A stretch of DNA of 64,000 nt from Coniocarpon cinnabarinum (lineage: Eukaryota). Positions 24,048-36,121 of this stretch are shown here, one piece after another; within the stretch, counting starts at the first letter, position 1; each line of letters begins with the position of its first letter. The DNA lies in contig JAVECO010000124.1 in NCBI GenBank assembly GCA_051942205.1, positions 1 to 64,000 of the forward strand. The letters are read 5' to 3'. The notes beneath the pieces are model-generated. The model made no database searches. It had not been told where the DNA came from and saw nothing but the letters and a program-made list of their open reading frames with translations. The translations under genes were made by a program, and so were the position numbers.

Positions 24048-24902
24048 ATGTCAAACCCATCCGCAGATACGTATCCCGTTCAACGGAACTACACGGAAAG
24101 CGACCGACTGCGGGCACAGCACACACTCTTCACAACGTTTATAGGCTTCGTGCTTGCCCCGGTCGATCTCAAGAAGCACAATCTACGTGTCCTCGATTCT
24201 GGCACCTCTGACGGCTTCTGGCTTGCCAGCCTCGCTCCCCAACTGGGTCCAAACGCTGAGCTCTTCGGCACCGATGTCGCCCCTTATGAGACTAAGACGC
24301 AGTTGCCATCCAATGTGACCATGTCTCAGCAAAACATCAAAGACCCTTGGCCGGAAGAGTGGAAAGGCTCATTTGATTTAGTGCATCAGCGGTTCGTGCT
24401 CTCCAATATTGCGGATCACGATGCCGCGAAGCTGGCGATACGACGTCTTGTTGAGCTTGTCAAGCCAGGAGGATGGATACAGTTGGACGAGGCGTCAGCT
24501 ATTGAGGGAGACGGCCAGCCCGCTGACACCCCGATAGAGAAGATGTTCCGAGTGGTGGGCGACTTCATGCGCCTTGCTGGTATGGACCCAGCGCCAGGCG
24601 CACGAGTCAAGCAGCTGCTAGAAGAGGCGAGCGATGGCAGCTTGCTGGAGGAACCTGTCCATGTGAAGACGGCCGATGCGCAATTCGGCCGTCCGGCTCC
24701 GACCAAGGAGGTGGCTGAAGCAGGCGTTGCGAATATCATGGGGATTCTAGATGCGATCAAGGGCAGTCTTTCGAGTTTGTCGAATTTCCCAATAAGCGCG
24801 GACGATTTGGAGAAGCTGAGGCCTGCGTGTGTGGAGCAGTTGAATGGACCAGGAGCACAGATGCCGTATGTGTCCGTGTGGGCTCAGCGGAAAGCTCTGT
24901 GA
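24048..24902 (+). CDS. SAM-dependent methyltransferase (GliN/SirN- or LaeA-like secondary-metabolism type)
   Basis: ESDRLRAQH, VLDSGTSDGFWL, WPEEWKGSFDLVHQRFVL, LVKPGGWIQLDE, WAQRK. Confidence 0.88.
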   Translation: MSNPSADTYPVQRNYTESDRLRAQHTLFTTFIGFVLAPVDLKKHNLRVLDSGTSDGFWLASLAPQLGPNAELFGTDVAPYETKTQLPSNVTMSQQNIKDPWPEEWKGSFDLVHQRFVLSNIADHDAAKLAIRRLVELVKPGGWIQLDEASAIEGDGQPADTPIEKMFRVVGDFMRLAGMDPAPGARVKQLLEEASDGSLLEEPVHVKTADAQFGRPAPTKEVAEAGVANIMGILDAIKGSLSSLSNFPISADDLEKLRPACVEQLNGPGAQMPYVSVWAQRKAL

Positions 24903-25155
24903 GGGGGTAGGGGATAACAAACGCATCAGGATCTTTTGAATTTACGAAGCTCTGGTTTGAAATTTGTGCTCCAGACTTTACGTGCTCATTCATGTTACAC
25001 GCATTAGATCCATCGTCATCCGCACTGTTCCAGCCGAAATAATCTCATACCATCCTACAATATCTCAAAAGCACGAACGAGCTTGACAACTCCTGTTCTC
25101 ATGCCTGCCTTACCAAGACTCTACAGCACCAACTCACATGTTCTCTCCAGCTTGA

Positions 25156-25860
25156 TCATCGTGTCCTTTGGAGCAACATAGTTCTGAGTTCGAAGCTCTT
25201 GCAGATGACCGGATCGTCGTCAAACCGTTCTGGTATCAGCACGTGAAACGTTATCAAGGTGTCGTGCTCGTGAAAGTCCACCCGAGTCCATCTCTTGATT
25301 GTCGTCCTCAACACGTGCTCCAGACGACTCTGCTCGTAGGCGTAATCCAAGTAACGTCGTGAGCAACATGAGAATTTTCGTCGCACTTCAATTCTGCACA
25401 CACTTTCAGGTGACATGTCATGGCGCGCTCACTTGGTGTATGTAGAATACACGTAAGGGACGTTCCTGATCCTAGTGTCAGCAGCGTCGTCCAAATGTCT
25501 CCAAGAATGGGGTTTGAGCGTACTTTGGCCTCTGATTGTGCTTGATCTGCGCAACCGGGTGGTTGCAAGGCTGACCATTTTTCATCGTGCCGGTACAAAA
25601 GTCTAGACAATAACATGCCAAGTCAGCGGCAAATTCCAGTCTTGACTGACAGATCCAAAAACACTTACGAACGGTGTCGTAGCCTAACTGGAACCACGTG
25701 GGGACAAAATAAGTGACGCAGCATATGACTGGAGCGCCTGCAAGGCAGCAAAACACTTTCCAGTACCTGGTCAAACACCGTCAGTACTGCGTATAGTATG
25801 GCACGGGCAGATGCGATAGATGATTCCTCTTACGTTGTGGCTTCGCTGGGCACCTTCTCC
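25156..25860 (-). CDS. Possible small Cys-rich multi-exon hypothetical protein
   Basis: Minus-strand GTAAG donors near 25830, 25668 and 25575 and Cys-containing ORF pieces (CYCLDFC...C..PV, CRIEVRRKFSCC). Exon structure uncertain. Confidence 0.3.
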
Positions 25861-26852
25861 GTTCGCGTCATCTGGCGCTGGCCGCAGTTTGGACAGTCGA
25901 CCCAGTCTGGGGTCAAGTGCAGCCCATCAAGTGGACGAACTTGACCAGCGTTGGAGACTTCTTGAAATTCCATTACAACTTATTGATGATGGGACAGCGT
26001 TGTTTCAGTGAGTAAGTCAGGTGGGGATTGATGGCGTTTACGACCACTTTCAACGGAATCGAAGCAGCTTAAGAAATCAAGGAGACAATATAAATGCGAT
26101 GAGTTAAATGACTGCCTGTTAATATGGGTCGTGATGTGTTGGCTGTTGGGAAGGCGTGATAGAAGCTTCCAGCGAAAACTCCGTCGCCCGGAGCGATGGC
26201 TGCCCATATTTAAAGTGTAGGATCACTTGATCGCCCCAATGCCGCGACGGCCTGGAAGAGGGTCACTCGTCTCCAGTGGTGTGGGTGGGTGGCACTGCCG
26301 ATCAACTAATCAAAATAGGGGATACGGTAGTGGACGTGCTGAAGTTGCAACAAGCTCGACCAACATACAAGCGAAGTTTCTAGGCACGCTAGATCAGTAT
26401 GGAAAGGCTTGTTCATTGTGTAGTCGTTGCAGGCGTGCTATTGGAAGGAGGTTGATTATAGACCACTCTGCCGCTATTCTTCCGAAATAAGCGCTTGTCA
26501 CCCGATGGCAATGCAACTTTCGGCGCTGTTTAGTAATATCTCCAGTCATACAGGCTTTGTCCCCTGAGATGAGAAGAGTGAGAGGCTATGCTGAGTGGCT
26601 GGAAGACGTTGGCGGGGCCGAAGTCTCGACCATTGGTCACAGACACGGCCCGCTCTGCAGCTAAAGTGGACCCTGGGGGCCAATTTCTGCGCCACAAGCC
26701 CCTGGCGCCTAAGATTAGGAATACCTTCACGTGCCTTGTGGTTAGGTAGAGCCTCACACAGTGCCTTCCATTAGGCAACACGCTGCCAGACGACAACATG
26801 ACCAGGCTCAACGCCATCGCCATGTGTCGCAAGCACAACAGCAACTCACAGA

Positions 26853-27962
26853 ATGTTTCGTCTATTCGACGTCGAGCAGCACCGCTTTCTGCAAGGCGAA
26901 GAGCTCCTAAAACAAGAGTCAGTTCCCTATGTCATCATCTCGCACACATGGCAAGAGCCTGAGGTGATGTATGATGATATTGCCAGCTTCAATACTTTGA
27001 AGCTGTCTTCCACATGGGACAAAGCCGATAGCGCAGCAAGGCTGCTCCGCGCCTGCGCAAATGTGCAGCGTCATCCTGGACGGGTGAAGCACCTATGGAT
27101 GGACACCATATGCATCAACCAGCGTGATCCTTCTGAAGTCTCTACCGCCATCAATTCCATGTTCCGCTGGTATCGTGAGGCCCAGGTGTGCTTCGCTCAT
27201 CTTTGCGACTATCCTTCCGCGAAAGTGGGGAACCCTACGCAGAGTCGTTGGTTCACTCGCGGCTTCACGCTGCAGGAACTCGTTGCTCCAAAGCAAGTGC
27301 TCTTCTTCGATAAAGATTCGAATCCGATTGGAGACAAGCATTCTATGCAATCAGCACTCACTGAACGCACTCAGATCAGCAAGAACTTTCTTCTGCAAGT
27401 CGATAACATTGGCTATGCAAGCATCAGCCAGCGCATGTCCTGGTCTGCAGGCCGCAAGACGACCGTACCTGAGGACATTGCGTACAGTCTGTTGGGTCTT
27501 TTCGGTGTCAACATGCCGTTGCTGTATGGTGAAGGTGCGGATCGCGCATTCCGCAGGCTACAGGAAGAGATCATGCGGTATTCCGACGATCACTCCATCT
27601 TCGCATGGAGATCTCACAGGGATAGCGCCGGTTCCGCATCCGGGTTGCTCGCACCTTCGCCAGACTGTTTTGAGGATGCAGGTCACTATTTGCACGATGG
27701 AGGCATCGGCAACGATGAACCCTTCAGGATGACAAACAAGGGAATCGAGATCATGTTGCCACTTCTGGATACTCGAGATTGCTTTATTGCGAGCATCGAC
27801 TGTCCTTACCAGCAGAATCATTACCTGGGAATTTACGTCAAGCGATTGCCCGACAATAAGAAGCAGTACCACCGTATTCGAACATCTGAATTGTGTGTTG
27901 TAAAACGCGGACAACGGGGCAATCTAACCAAGATGTATGTGAAGCCGCCGCGTGATATCTAA
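26853..27962 (+). CDS. HET-domain (heterokaryon incompatibility, HET-E N-terminal type) protein
   Basis: YVIISHTW, WMDTICINQ, AINSMFRWYREAQVCFAHL, SRWFTRGFTLQELVAP, QRMSWSAGRKTT..EDIAYSLLGLF, MPLLYGEG..AFRRLQEEI. Confidence 0.93.
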   Translation: MFRLFDVEQHRFLQGEELLKQESVPYVIISHTWQEPEVMYDDIASFNTLKLSSTWDKADSAARLLRACANVQRHPGRVKHLWMDTICINQRDPSEVSTAINSMFRWYREAQVCFAHLCDYPSAKVGNPTQSRWFTRGFTLQELVAPKQVLFFDKDSNPIGDKHSMQSALTERTQISKNFLLQVDNIGYASISQRMSWSAGRKTTVPEDIAYSLLGLFGVNMPLLYGEGADRAFRRLQEEIMRYSDDHSIFAWRSHRDSAGSASGLLAPSPDCFEDAGHYLHDGGIGNDEPFRMTNKGIEIMLPLLDTRDCFIASIDCPYQQNHYLGIYVKRLPDNKKQYHRIRTSELCVVKRGQRGNLTKMYVKPPRDI

Positions 27963-28391
27963 ATGTATCAGCAACGTTAGTCAGGTTTGAGTGAGGCTTG
28001 TCTGTTGGCTGAATTCTGCAAGAATGACTCGCTATCAAGCTTGTGGCAAGTGTCTCTTTGGAAGAGCATATGTTTGGGAAACGTATTCCGTAGGGCATAT
28101 TTTATTTTGACGTTAAGACCTCCCTCATCTATGTGACGGGTAGCCGTTTGTAGATATGGCAACTCGAGAGTCATCCAGATGTTTGATTAATGGCCAGAAG
28201 CATTTTCGATATGCTCGCACCCTTTCGTTGGGCACGGATAGGGAATGAAGCAAGTTCGGTAACCTACATTTGCAATATGCCAAGATAAAGTCACGTGCGC
28301 GCGATCTTCAATATTTGCACGTGACTTGCATCAATGACATAGAATACCTAACCACCCTTTGACGCTATACAAATCACTTCTCACCACAGTC

Positions 28392-29449
28392 ATGGCCACG
28401 AAGCTAGCTCCAGTTCTTCGCACAGCGAGCGCGCACGCTCTCAGGGCGTCACGTTGCGCACCACAACATGCGCGCCCACTCACAACGACCCTCACCCGCC
28501 ACAGCGAAGCCATCAACGTGGTACGTTTTCAAACCGCCATCTCTACCCACCAGCCAAGTGAAGCCTCGCTAATCAAGCCCATCACAGCACCGCAATACAC
28601 CCAACAACAACCCGAATGTCCCTTTCAGATTCTCAGAAACGAACCTCGGCCTCATCGAAGAGATCCTCTCCCGCTACCCCTCCCAATACAAGAAAGCAGC
28701 TGTGATGCCACTGCTCGATCTCGGACAGCGACAACATGGCTGGACGAGTATCAGCGTCATGAATGAGGTGGCGCGCATCCTTGAGATGCCGCCGATGCGT
28801 GTGTACGAGGTGGCTACGTTTTATACGATGTATAATCGGAACCCGGTGGGACGGTATCACGTCCAAGTTTGCGGAACCGTACGTTTAACCCCTTTGTTCA
28901 CTCCTTTCCAGCGTGTATCTGACTGAGGATGCTGAGCAGACACCCTGCCAACTCCGCGGCTCCGACGACATCCTCGCAACTGTCGAAAACCACCTCGGAT
29001 TACACAGCGGTCAAACAACAGCCGATGGCCTCTTCACCTTTACAGAAGTCGAATGCCTCGGCGCATGCGTCAACGCGCCTATGATCCAGATTAATGATGA
29101 CTACTTCGAAGATCTGACCCCCGAGACCACCGTCCAACTGCTCAAAGCATTACAAGCAGCCGCGGAGCAAACAGGTGCAGCGGGCGGCGCGGCGGGTCTG
29201 AGTGGAGAAGCAGGCAAAGACACTGCAGGCGAAGGCGAGCAGAGAGGAAACAGGAAGGGAGGTGTGGAAATATCAGATCAGGGACGAAAGGTTGAGGGTC
29301 AGGGCGTGAAGATGCCGAGTCCGGGTCCGTTCTCAGGGAGGAAGAGCTGCGAGCCTTTGGGAGGGCTTACAGCGCTGAAGGGGCCGAAGTGGGGGAATGA
29401 GACGTTAAGGACGGATGGCGCGTTGGATCAACCTGCAGGGCAGTCGTGA
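28392..29449 (+). CDS. nuo-24: NADH:ubiquinone oxidoreductase 24 kDa subunit (NDUFV2 ortholog), 3 exons
   Basis: Mitochondrial presequence, [56 protein letters not shown]. Introns about 28521-28588 and 28879-28939. Confidence 0.96.
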
Positions 29450-29598
29450 TGACATGGCACGGCTACATTGTTGGAGCGTTGGAAGACTGGGAACCAACAA
29501 GTATGGCATCCGTTATACGCATATAGATATGATCCCAATCCGTCTCATGCGAAGAGACACTGTACAGCACACTTCCTTCTAACCCCACATCACCTATG

Positions 29599-30497
29599 TT
29601 ACTTCACCGCCTCCCAAAACCCCAATATCTCCCTGGCCACCTCCTCCGGCCGCTCAACACACATCCAATGTCCCGTCCGCTCCAAAACCTTCAATCCCGT
29701 CTCCTGACTCCCCACACTCCCCAGAAGCTTCTCACATCCACTCAACGGCGCAGACTTATCCTCGTCTCCGGCCACCACAAAAACAGGACACGTCACCTTC
29801 TTGTAATCGGGCGCGTTCCTGGCGTCTAGATTCACGGAATTAATGACGCGACACATACTCACGTACCCCGCTGGCTGGCTCGCGAGCAGTAATTCTCGGA
29901 TGAAGCCATGAGTCAGTGAAGTAGCAGACGCTGCGGTGGCAGAGAAGGGAACAGCATCAGCCATGGGCTGCATCCCACTTTCTTCCACCTTACGGATTCG
30001 ATCCTCGAAGACGGGCACGACGTCTGGGTTGGGGAAGACAGGGCCAACGAGGAAGATGGCGCTGACGCGCTCGGGCGCCATGGTTGCCGCTTGGGGCACT
30101 GTCAGGCCAGCCATGGAGTGGCCCACGAGGACCGCTTTGGAGATGGAGAGGGCGTCCATGGCGCCTAGTATATCGGAGGCGAGAGAGGAGACCGATTGCG
30201 TTATCCCTGTATACGGGGAGCGGCCTTGGCCTGTGGTGTCGAGGGCGATGCAGCGGATTGAGTGGGAGGTTAGATGGGGGATGAGGGGGTAATAGTAGTT
30301 CTGGGAGGAGCCGAGGCCGTGGACTAGAAGGCATTAGGGGACGCTGAGGCAAATAGACCATGTGTAAGGAGCTGCTACGTGAACGAGATGAGAGGCATAG
30401 ACGTACTCAAGACGAAGACTTCACGTGGTGGTTGATTATCTTTGGGAGGCCAGTCGGCATAGTGGATTTTCTTGTAGCCAACTTGAATGAATGGCAT
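29599..30497 (-). CDS. Alpha/beta-hydrolase (3-oxoadipate enol-lactonase-like)
   Basis: MPFIQV start, intron about 30406-30325, HGLGSSQNY, GHSMAG nucleophile, GDEDKSAP, GHW. Confidence 0.88.
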
Positions 30498-30756
30498 TTT
30501 GCAGTCTTTGTAAACGTATCTAGCAGGGTGTTTCTATTCAATTGGTTTTGCACAGCGTGCTAAGCTTACTATCGTTTCGTGTGTTTACCCAGGATTCTAC
30601 GACATGCTCAATGCAGCCGCAAGCAATGCATTGGGTTTTGGTGACGCAAGTGGGGCATGAGTCAGGACGAAGCTCGCAGGTCCAGCATGTCGCGAGGTTC
30701 TGACAGTGTCTTTCCCTACACCGCAATGAACACGGGGACCCATGTAAACAAGTCAT

Positions 30757-33483
30757 TCACCCAGCTGGGGCAACGCCGACCGGACGTGCATCAGTCAAGT
30801 GAATGACGCGACCACCACCAGCGCTCGAGCCAGCATTGGAATTTTCTTTCTTCCAGCCGGGAACCTCTTCATCCTCTTCACCTTCTGTGACTGTCTGCCA
30901 TACGTTAGGGAATCCCGCAAGCAACGGCCCACGAAGCTTCGCTCCTTGAATGGCGTAGCGTAACGACTTATGTGAGAGGTACCCGCGCAACAAGCCTTGG
31001 CCAATCAGCGAAGAAAAGATGCTCTCGATGTGAAGCATGCTCGGCAATTGGACCATCCGCTCCACATCGTCATCATCTTGAAATGAAGGATGAACGTTGA
31101 GCGCCATGTGCGGTCGAAAAGGTCCAAGTTGCATCCATTCTTTACAGCTCACACCATTGGGTATTTGCGATGTCAGTCCAGCAGGAAGTCGGGCTCGCAT
31201 TTCCAACAGCGAGTAGACCGTCTGAAAGTCTTGCAAAGCCAAAGTGTAAGCTCCCTTGTCATTCTCAGGTGTTTGACCTTTCAATAAGAATGTTCTTCGT
31301 GCGAGCGATCGCCACACAAGGACTTCACATCGATTGCGAAGCTGGAGTAATATTCGAAACCCAAGAAACCATCTTGCATGAGGAGCATCCATGGCTGTGA
31401 GGCGATAGAATGACTCGAGGTCTCCCTTGGCGATCGACTGACAAATGGGATGGAAGCGTTCTGCGAAGCCGACGGCCTCTGGACGTGAGTAGAGCTCCTG
31501 AGATGGAAATCGCCCCAGGATCATGTTGGATGCAATCAGATATATCAGTATGTGTCGGCGCTGCTTGATAGTGCCATCTGTCTTCGGGCTCATATCGTAC
31601 GCGGCTTGCAAAGCCAATATCGCACGATGCCAGTGTCCCGTCGTCCACAGGAACCGACCGAGATAGTAGAGATAGGTGACCTGCTCCGCCTTGGGATACA
31701 GTGATAACGGAGGCGCTTGATTGTACACGTTCGTGAAGATCTGCTCGGCGCTGCCGCTCTTTTTGCAAGCAAATAGGATCTTCAAGCAGCAGTTGGCCAG
31801 AATGTAGATACCATGTCTTCGGCTGTACTCAGCGGTGTTGTCTGGATCGGTCCGATCGTTGAGGCAAGTCACAAAGGCTTGACGGATGATGTTTGCAGTC
31901 CGCTCTGGAAGGCTTTCCGACGACTCGTCACTAACTGAGCGTGGAAGTTCCGCAGCGAGACCTGACTGCCTGTCAAGCTTGATCGCGAAGCCAGATAGCA
32001 TCTGCGAGTACTTGATTACCGTTGGAAGGATCAAGTCACCGCAGCCGCTGTGCTGTAAAGCTGTATTACCCTTACTGAGCAGCATCAGCAGAGATCGTTG
32101 AAGAGGGGTATGCACTTACGAAAGCAGCTCCTTCAGCATGTTATAAGCTTGGAGAAGGTCGGTCATGTCCAAATCCCTCAGAAAGACAAGATATTGATGC
32201 ATGAATGGCATGAAACTGCTCCAGCCCTGCGCCGACGCTGCCGACATGGCATCGCGCACCACAAATTGAAGGTCGATAGTCTGGGGCAGATTTCTCAGTC
32301 GGGCAATAATAGCATTGTAGTCATCGTTAAAGGGAGGGTCCACGACAAGCCACTCACGAAGCTCCTCTCTCGACCCCTTGTGCACCAGTTCGTTTACGCC
32401 ATTCAGGAAGACCTCCAGCTTCTCCGTCTCAAGCATCATCGAAGCCCTCCCTCGGGCGACCTGCAGCTCCTGGAAATCAGTCCAGGTGGTATTCTTAGCA
32501 GTAAGGACGGTAAGAGCAAGATCCTGCGCCCGATCCCTGAACCACTCCTCCTGCGTGTACAGCTGCCCCTCCTCAGTTCCCAATACAACGTTCAAGACCG
32601 CCTCGACTTCGCGCGGAGTTAGTATGCGTCCTGGAGGTTGGTTAATAAAACGAGCTGCCCGCCTAGCGAACTCGAAGTCAACGGCGTCCTGACTGCTTAT
32701 AGAAGTGGCAACGTGCGCTTTCTCCAGGCGCGACGACCTGTCTGTGTACGGTTTGAAAGGTGAATTCGGACCAGGTGGGGAATAATATGATTCAGCCTCG
32801 TCACTGGCGTCCTCGAGAAAGTCGAGATCGTTCGAGGCGTGTATCCCTTGAGCAACAGGCGAGAGCAGCGGATAGAGGGGCTGCTGCGTGGCCGGGAGAC
32901 CCTTCTGAATTGCTGTTGGAGCTGCGGATGCTTCAGAATAATGTCTAAAAGATTGTTTGGTGGGAAGGTCACGATGGTGAGGAGGACGAGGGTCGTTGTT
33001 GACCGGCCGCGCTGGATACTTAGGGCCTCTAGGAGGTCTGTGCACGAATATGTCCTCAACGCAATCTGCAACCTGGGTTGGAGTGGGACCTTGTGCACGG
33101 CTCTCTTTGAAACGAATTTGTGAGTTGCGCGGCCAGGGAAGTGAGGCGCTCGGCTGCGATTTTGGAATGGGCGCATTGCGTAGAGATGGACCGCGTGGAG
33201 GTGGAGGTCGTGCAGGAAGACCATACGGATCTACTGCCCTATTCTCACCAGTCGATCTTCCCTCGCCGCTACGACGAGACGGCTTGTCTCGCACAGGTCT
33301 GCGGTGGCGCTGCCCATCTTGCGGTGCTCTACCGTCGGCTCGATCATGTCCCCAAGCCTCGTCGGTGGACGGATTGCCCTTTGCTTGCCTCCTATGTCGT
33401 GCGTTCGCCTTGCGCTGGACCTCGTATGCGTCTCGCTCATTCGATTCTGAACCTCCAAAGTCGGACGGATCTCCTGGATCCAT
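30757..33483 (-). CDS. PCI-domain protein (CSN12/PCID2/Thp1-like) with in-frame N-terminal extension
   Basis: IYILANCCLKILF, YPKAEQVTYLYYLGR, SSLIGQGLLRGYLSH, GFPNVW. 45-nt intron 32119-32075. The conserved part appears to begin at MMLETEK (32439), so the true start is uncertain. Confidence 0.85.
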
Positions 33484-33762
33484 GGCAGCTTGTGCCTGAA
33501 CTATGGCTGCGAGCCATGGCTGGTACGGAGAGTTTCATGGCCATGATGCTCGCTTTGTCTTTGGCGACTGTATTTGCGACAAATTGGTATGCAAGCAGCT
33601 TGGATTGTGTCAAAGGAAAGAAGGGAAAGGCGTGCCACGATCTCTCTCATAGTACTTTCACATGTCAGATCCCTCATTCGCCATGTCCTGGCATGTGATT
33701 GTGACGTGTGAGTATTTCTCGTCCCAAGAAATCTACAAACTCGAACTTCATGCACGTCTTCG

Positions 33763-35544
33763 ATGCTCGTCTATGACATTCACTATCATCTACCCGCGCT
33801 TCAACGACTCCTCCATAAATCCTTCCGTGAACAGCTCCTCATCTTCACCACCATGTATCAACAACTCCACGACCTCCTCTTCGCCCCCGTCCTAGTCCTG
33901 TACAACCTCCTCCAATACCTCCTCGAAAAGCTCTTCGCACCGCACCCACCACCACCGAACGCTCATCTGACTCGGCCTCACATCGCGATCATTGGCGCGG
34001 GCCTCACCGGCGTCTCCGCAGCGTCCCACTGCGTCGGTCACGGCTTCGACGTCACCATCTTCGAAGCCGGCACCCGCCAGAACCTCGGCGGCATTTGGTC
34101 TAAGGTGAACAACACGTCTGGTCTACAAATCAACAGTCTTATGTACCGGTTCCAGCCGTCCGTCAGATGGTCTGAGAGCTACCCGAAACGTCCTGAGATC
34201 GTGGCCGCAATCGAAAATCTCTGGCATAGATACCACCTCGAGCCGAAGACGCGCTTCGAGACGCGGGTCGAGAAGACGTATAAAGACGCGCAAGGTCGAT
34301 GGATTATCAACGATCCCTCTCAAGGCCGCTACGATGGCATCATAGCGGCGATCGGCACCTGTGGCGACCCTAAAGTACCGCATATACCCGGCCAAGAACA
34401 GTTTAAAGGCTCCATCTACCACTCCTCAGACCTGGACCACAAATCGGCCAAGAACAAAAACGTCCTCATAATAGGCGGAGGTGCCTCCGCTGTCGAAGCC
34501 CTCGAATTCGTCGACACGACAGGCGCAGCGCACGCGTCTGTCCTCGCGCGCTCCGAGAAATGGATCATACCCCGTAACGCAATCATCGATGCCCTCCTCT
34601 CTCTCAACATCTTCGGTCGTGAGACTCTGGTATCTTTTATTCCAGAGAATCTACTGCGTATATTCTTCTACCGCAACCTCGCTGATATTTCACCACCCCC
34701 TGGTTCAAGCAAAGGTCTCTTCACCGAAACACCCATGGTCAACTCCCGCATCTTCGATCTGATCCGCTCCGGCCGGGCCTCCTGGCTTAGAGGCGACATC
34801 CAGAAATTCACAGAAAACGGCCTAAGTTTCAACCACCGCGCACAGGGCGTACCAAAAGGCGGACCCGGCGTCCACCGCAACCTCAAAGCCGACGTCGTCA
34901 TCCTCGCAACCGGCTACACCCGCCCCAGTCTTTCCTTCCTCCCAGACACTCACCTGGAAGAACCATACGCACCACCGAATTGGTACCTCCAGGTTTTCCC
35001 GCCGGAAGACCCCAGCATCTGCGCGAACAACTGCACCTACGTCAATGCCATCGGGACGGTCGGCAATTACCACATCGGAATCTATACGAGATTCCTACTC
35101 ATGTTTCTCGTGGACCCACTCGCGACGCCGCGACCTTGGCTCATGAAGCGCTGGATCGACGTCACGCGCTGGCTAAAGGTCGCCGCGCCAGGCGGGGCGT
35201 TTGAATTCTTCACCTACGGCGAGTTGCTGTATTGGTTTGTTTTCGTGTTGGTGGTGAATCCGTTTCGGTGGAAGTGGGTTCCTTTTGTTTTGTTCGGTGT
35301 GGGACGGGCGCTGCCCATGGGGATTGTCAGGGAGGAAGATAAACTGAGGAATGGGAATCGGAAGATGGTGGGGGAGGCGGTGGGTGAGGCGGTGGGTGAG
35401 GCGAAGGGGAAGACGGTGGAAGATGCGATGGGGGAGGCGGTGAGCGAAGCGAGGGTGAATGGCGTTCTTGATGGTAATGGAAGGAGTGGGCAGTTAGGTG
35501 GCGACGAGAAGGAGGGCGAGCAACTTGCTGGTGTAAGAGCATGA
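33763..35544 (+). CDS. Flavin-binding monooxygenase (FMO-like)
   Basis: GAGLTG FAD motif, GGIW, FKGSIYHSSDL, GGGASA NADP motif, ADVVILATGY, C-terminal hydrophobic segment. Confidence 0.9.
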   Translation: MLVYDIHYHLPALQRLLHKSFREQLLIFTTMYQQLHDLLFAPVLVLYNLLQYLLEKLFAPHPPPPNAHLTRPHIAIIGAGLTGVSAASHCVGHGFDVTIFEAGTRQNLGGIWSKVNNTSGLQINSLMYRFQPSVRWSESYPKRPEIVAAIENLWHRYHLEPKTRFETRVEKTYKDAQGRWIINDPSQGRYDGIIAAIGTCGDPKVPHIPGQEQFKGSIYHSSDLDHKSAKNKNVLIIGGGASAVEALEFVDTTGAAHASVLARSEKWIIPRNAIIDALLSLNIFGRETLVSFIPENLLRIFFYRNLADISPPPGSSKGLFTETPMVNSRIFDLIRSGRASWLRGDIQKFTENGLSFNHRAQGVPKGGPGVHRNLKADVVILATGYTRPSLSFLPDTHLEEPYAPPNWYLQVFPPEDPSICANNCTYVNAIGTVGNYHIGIYTRFLLMFLVDPLATPRPWLMKRWIDVTRWLKVAAPGGAFEFFTYGELLYWFVFVLVVNPFRWKWVPFVLFGVGRALPMGIVREEDKLRNGNRKMVGEAVGEAVGEAKGKTVEDAMGEAVSEARVNGVLDGNGRSGQLGGDEKEGEQLAGVRA

Positions 35545-36121
35545 AGACATGACTTTGGGCTAGGACGTCTGTATATCTGCCGGCACATAGAGGATAAGCA
35601 GCAATGCGAGGAATGGAAACACGCATAGATCGAAAATCAGGGACAAGGAGGCGAGCCATAACAAGAGCTCCACGAATGCCCAAAGTTGGATGCAAATGCA
35701 ATGTACTGATATCGTATTGGAAACAGTTCTGAACATGGTCCTGAACATTGATCTGTACGGACTTATTCTTCTGCAGACTTTAGACTGTATCGATCTCATT
35801 GTTTTGAGTAACAAACAGATTTCAAATCGACAGCAGCTGCTATGCGAGCGACATCATTTTCTCGTTAGCGTGTTTCTGTGTGGAAAGTTTGCCAGAGGGC
35901 GAAATCGGCTGTAATGCAAACATCGCAGGCTGTCGCGTTTAGTATTATTGCATGCGAAGATGTCGTGATTTTCATACAGTATTTACATATATACAAGGGT
36001 ATTCACATGAATCCCCAAAAACGCCATTAATGCATCATGATCTCCACACCACCAGAACCCCCTCAGCTCCACTCAACGCATCACAGCTATCCACCTCCTC
36101 TCCATCCGCCGCCAATATGAA

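Noticed and set aside
5500..28300. Starship element as carrier of the accessory block
   Set aside because: No DUF3435 tyrosine recombinase at either edge and no boundary direct repeats identified.
29150..29320. Gly/Ala-rich insertion in the complex I 24 kDa subunit
   Set aside because: Low-complexity linker in a variable region, not evidently novel.
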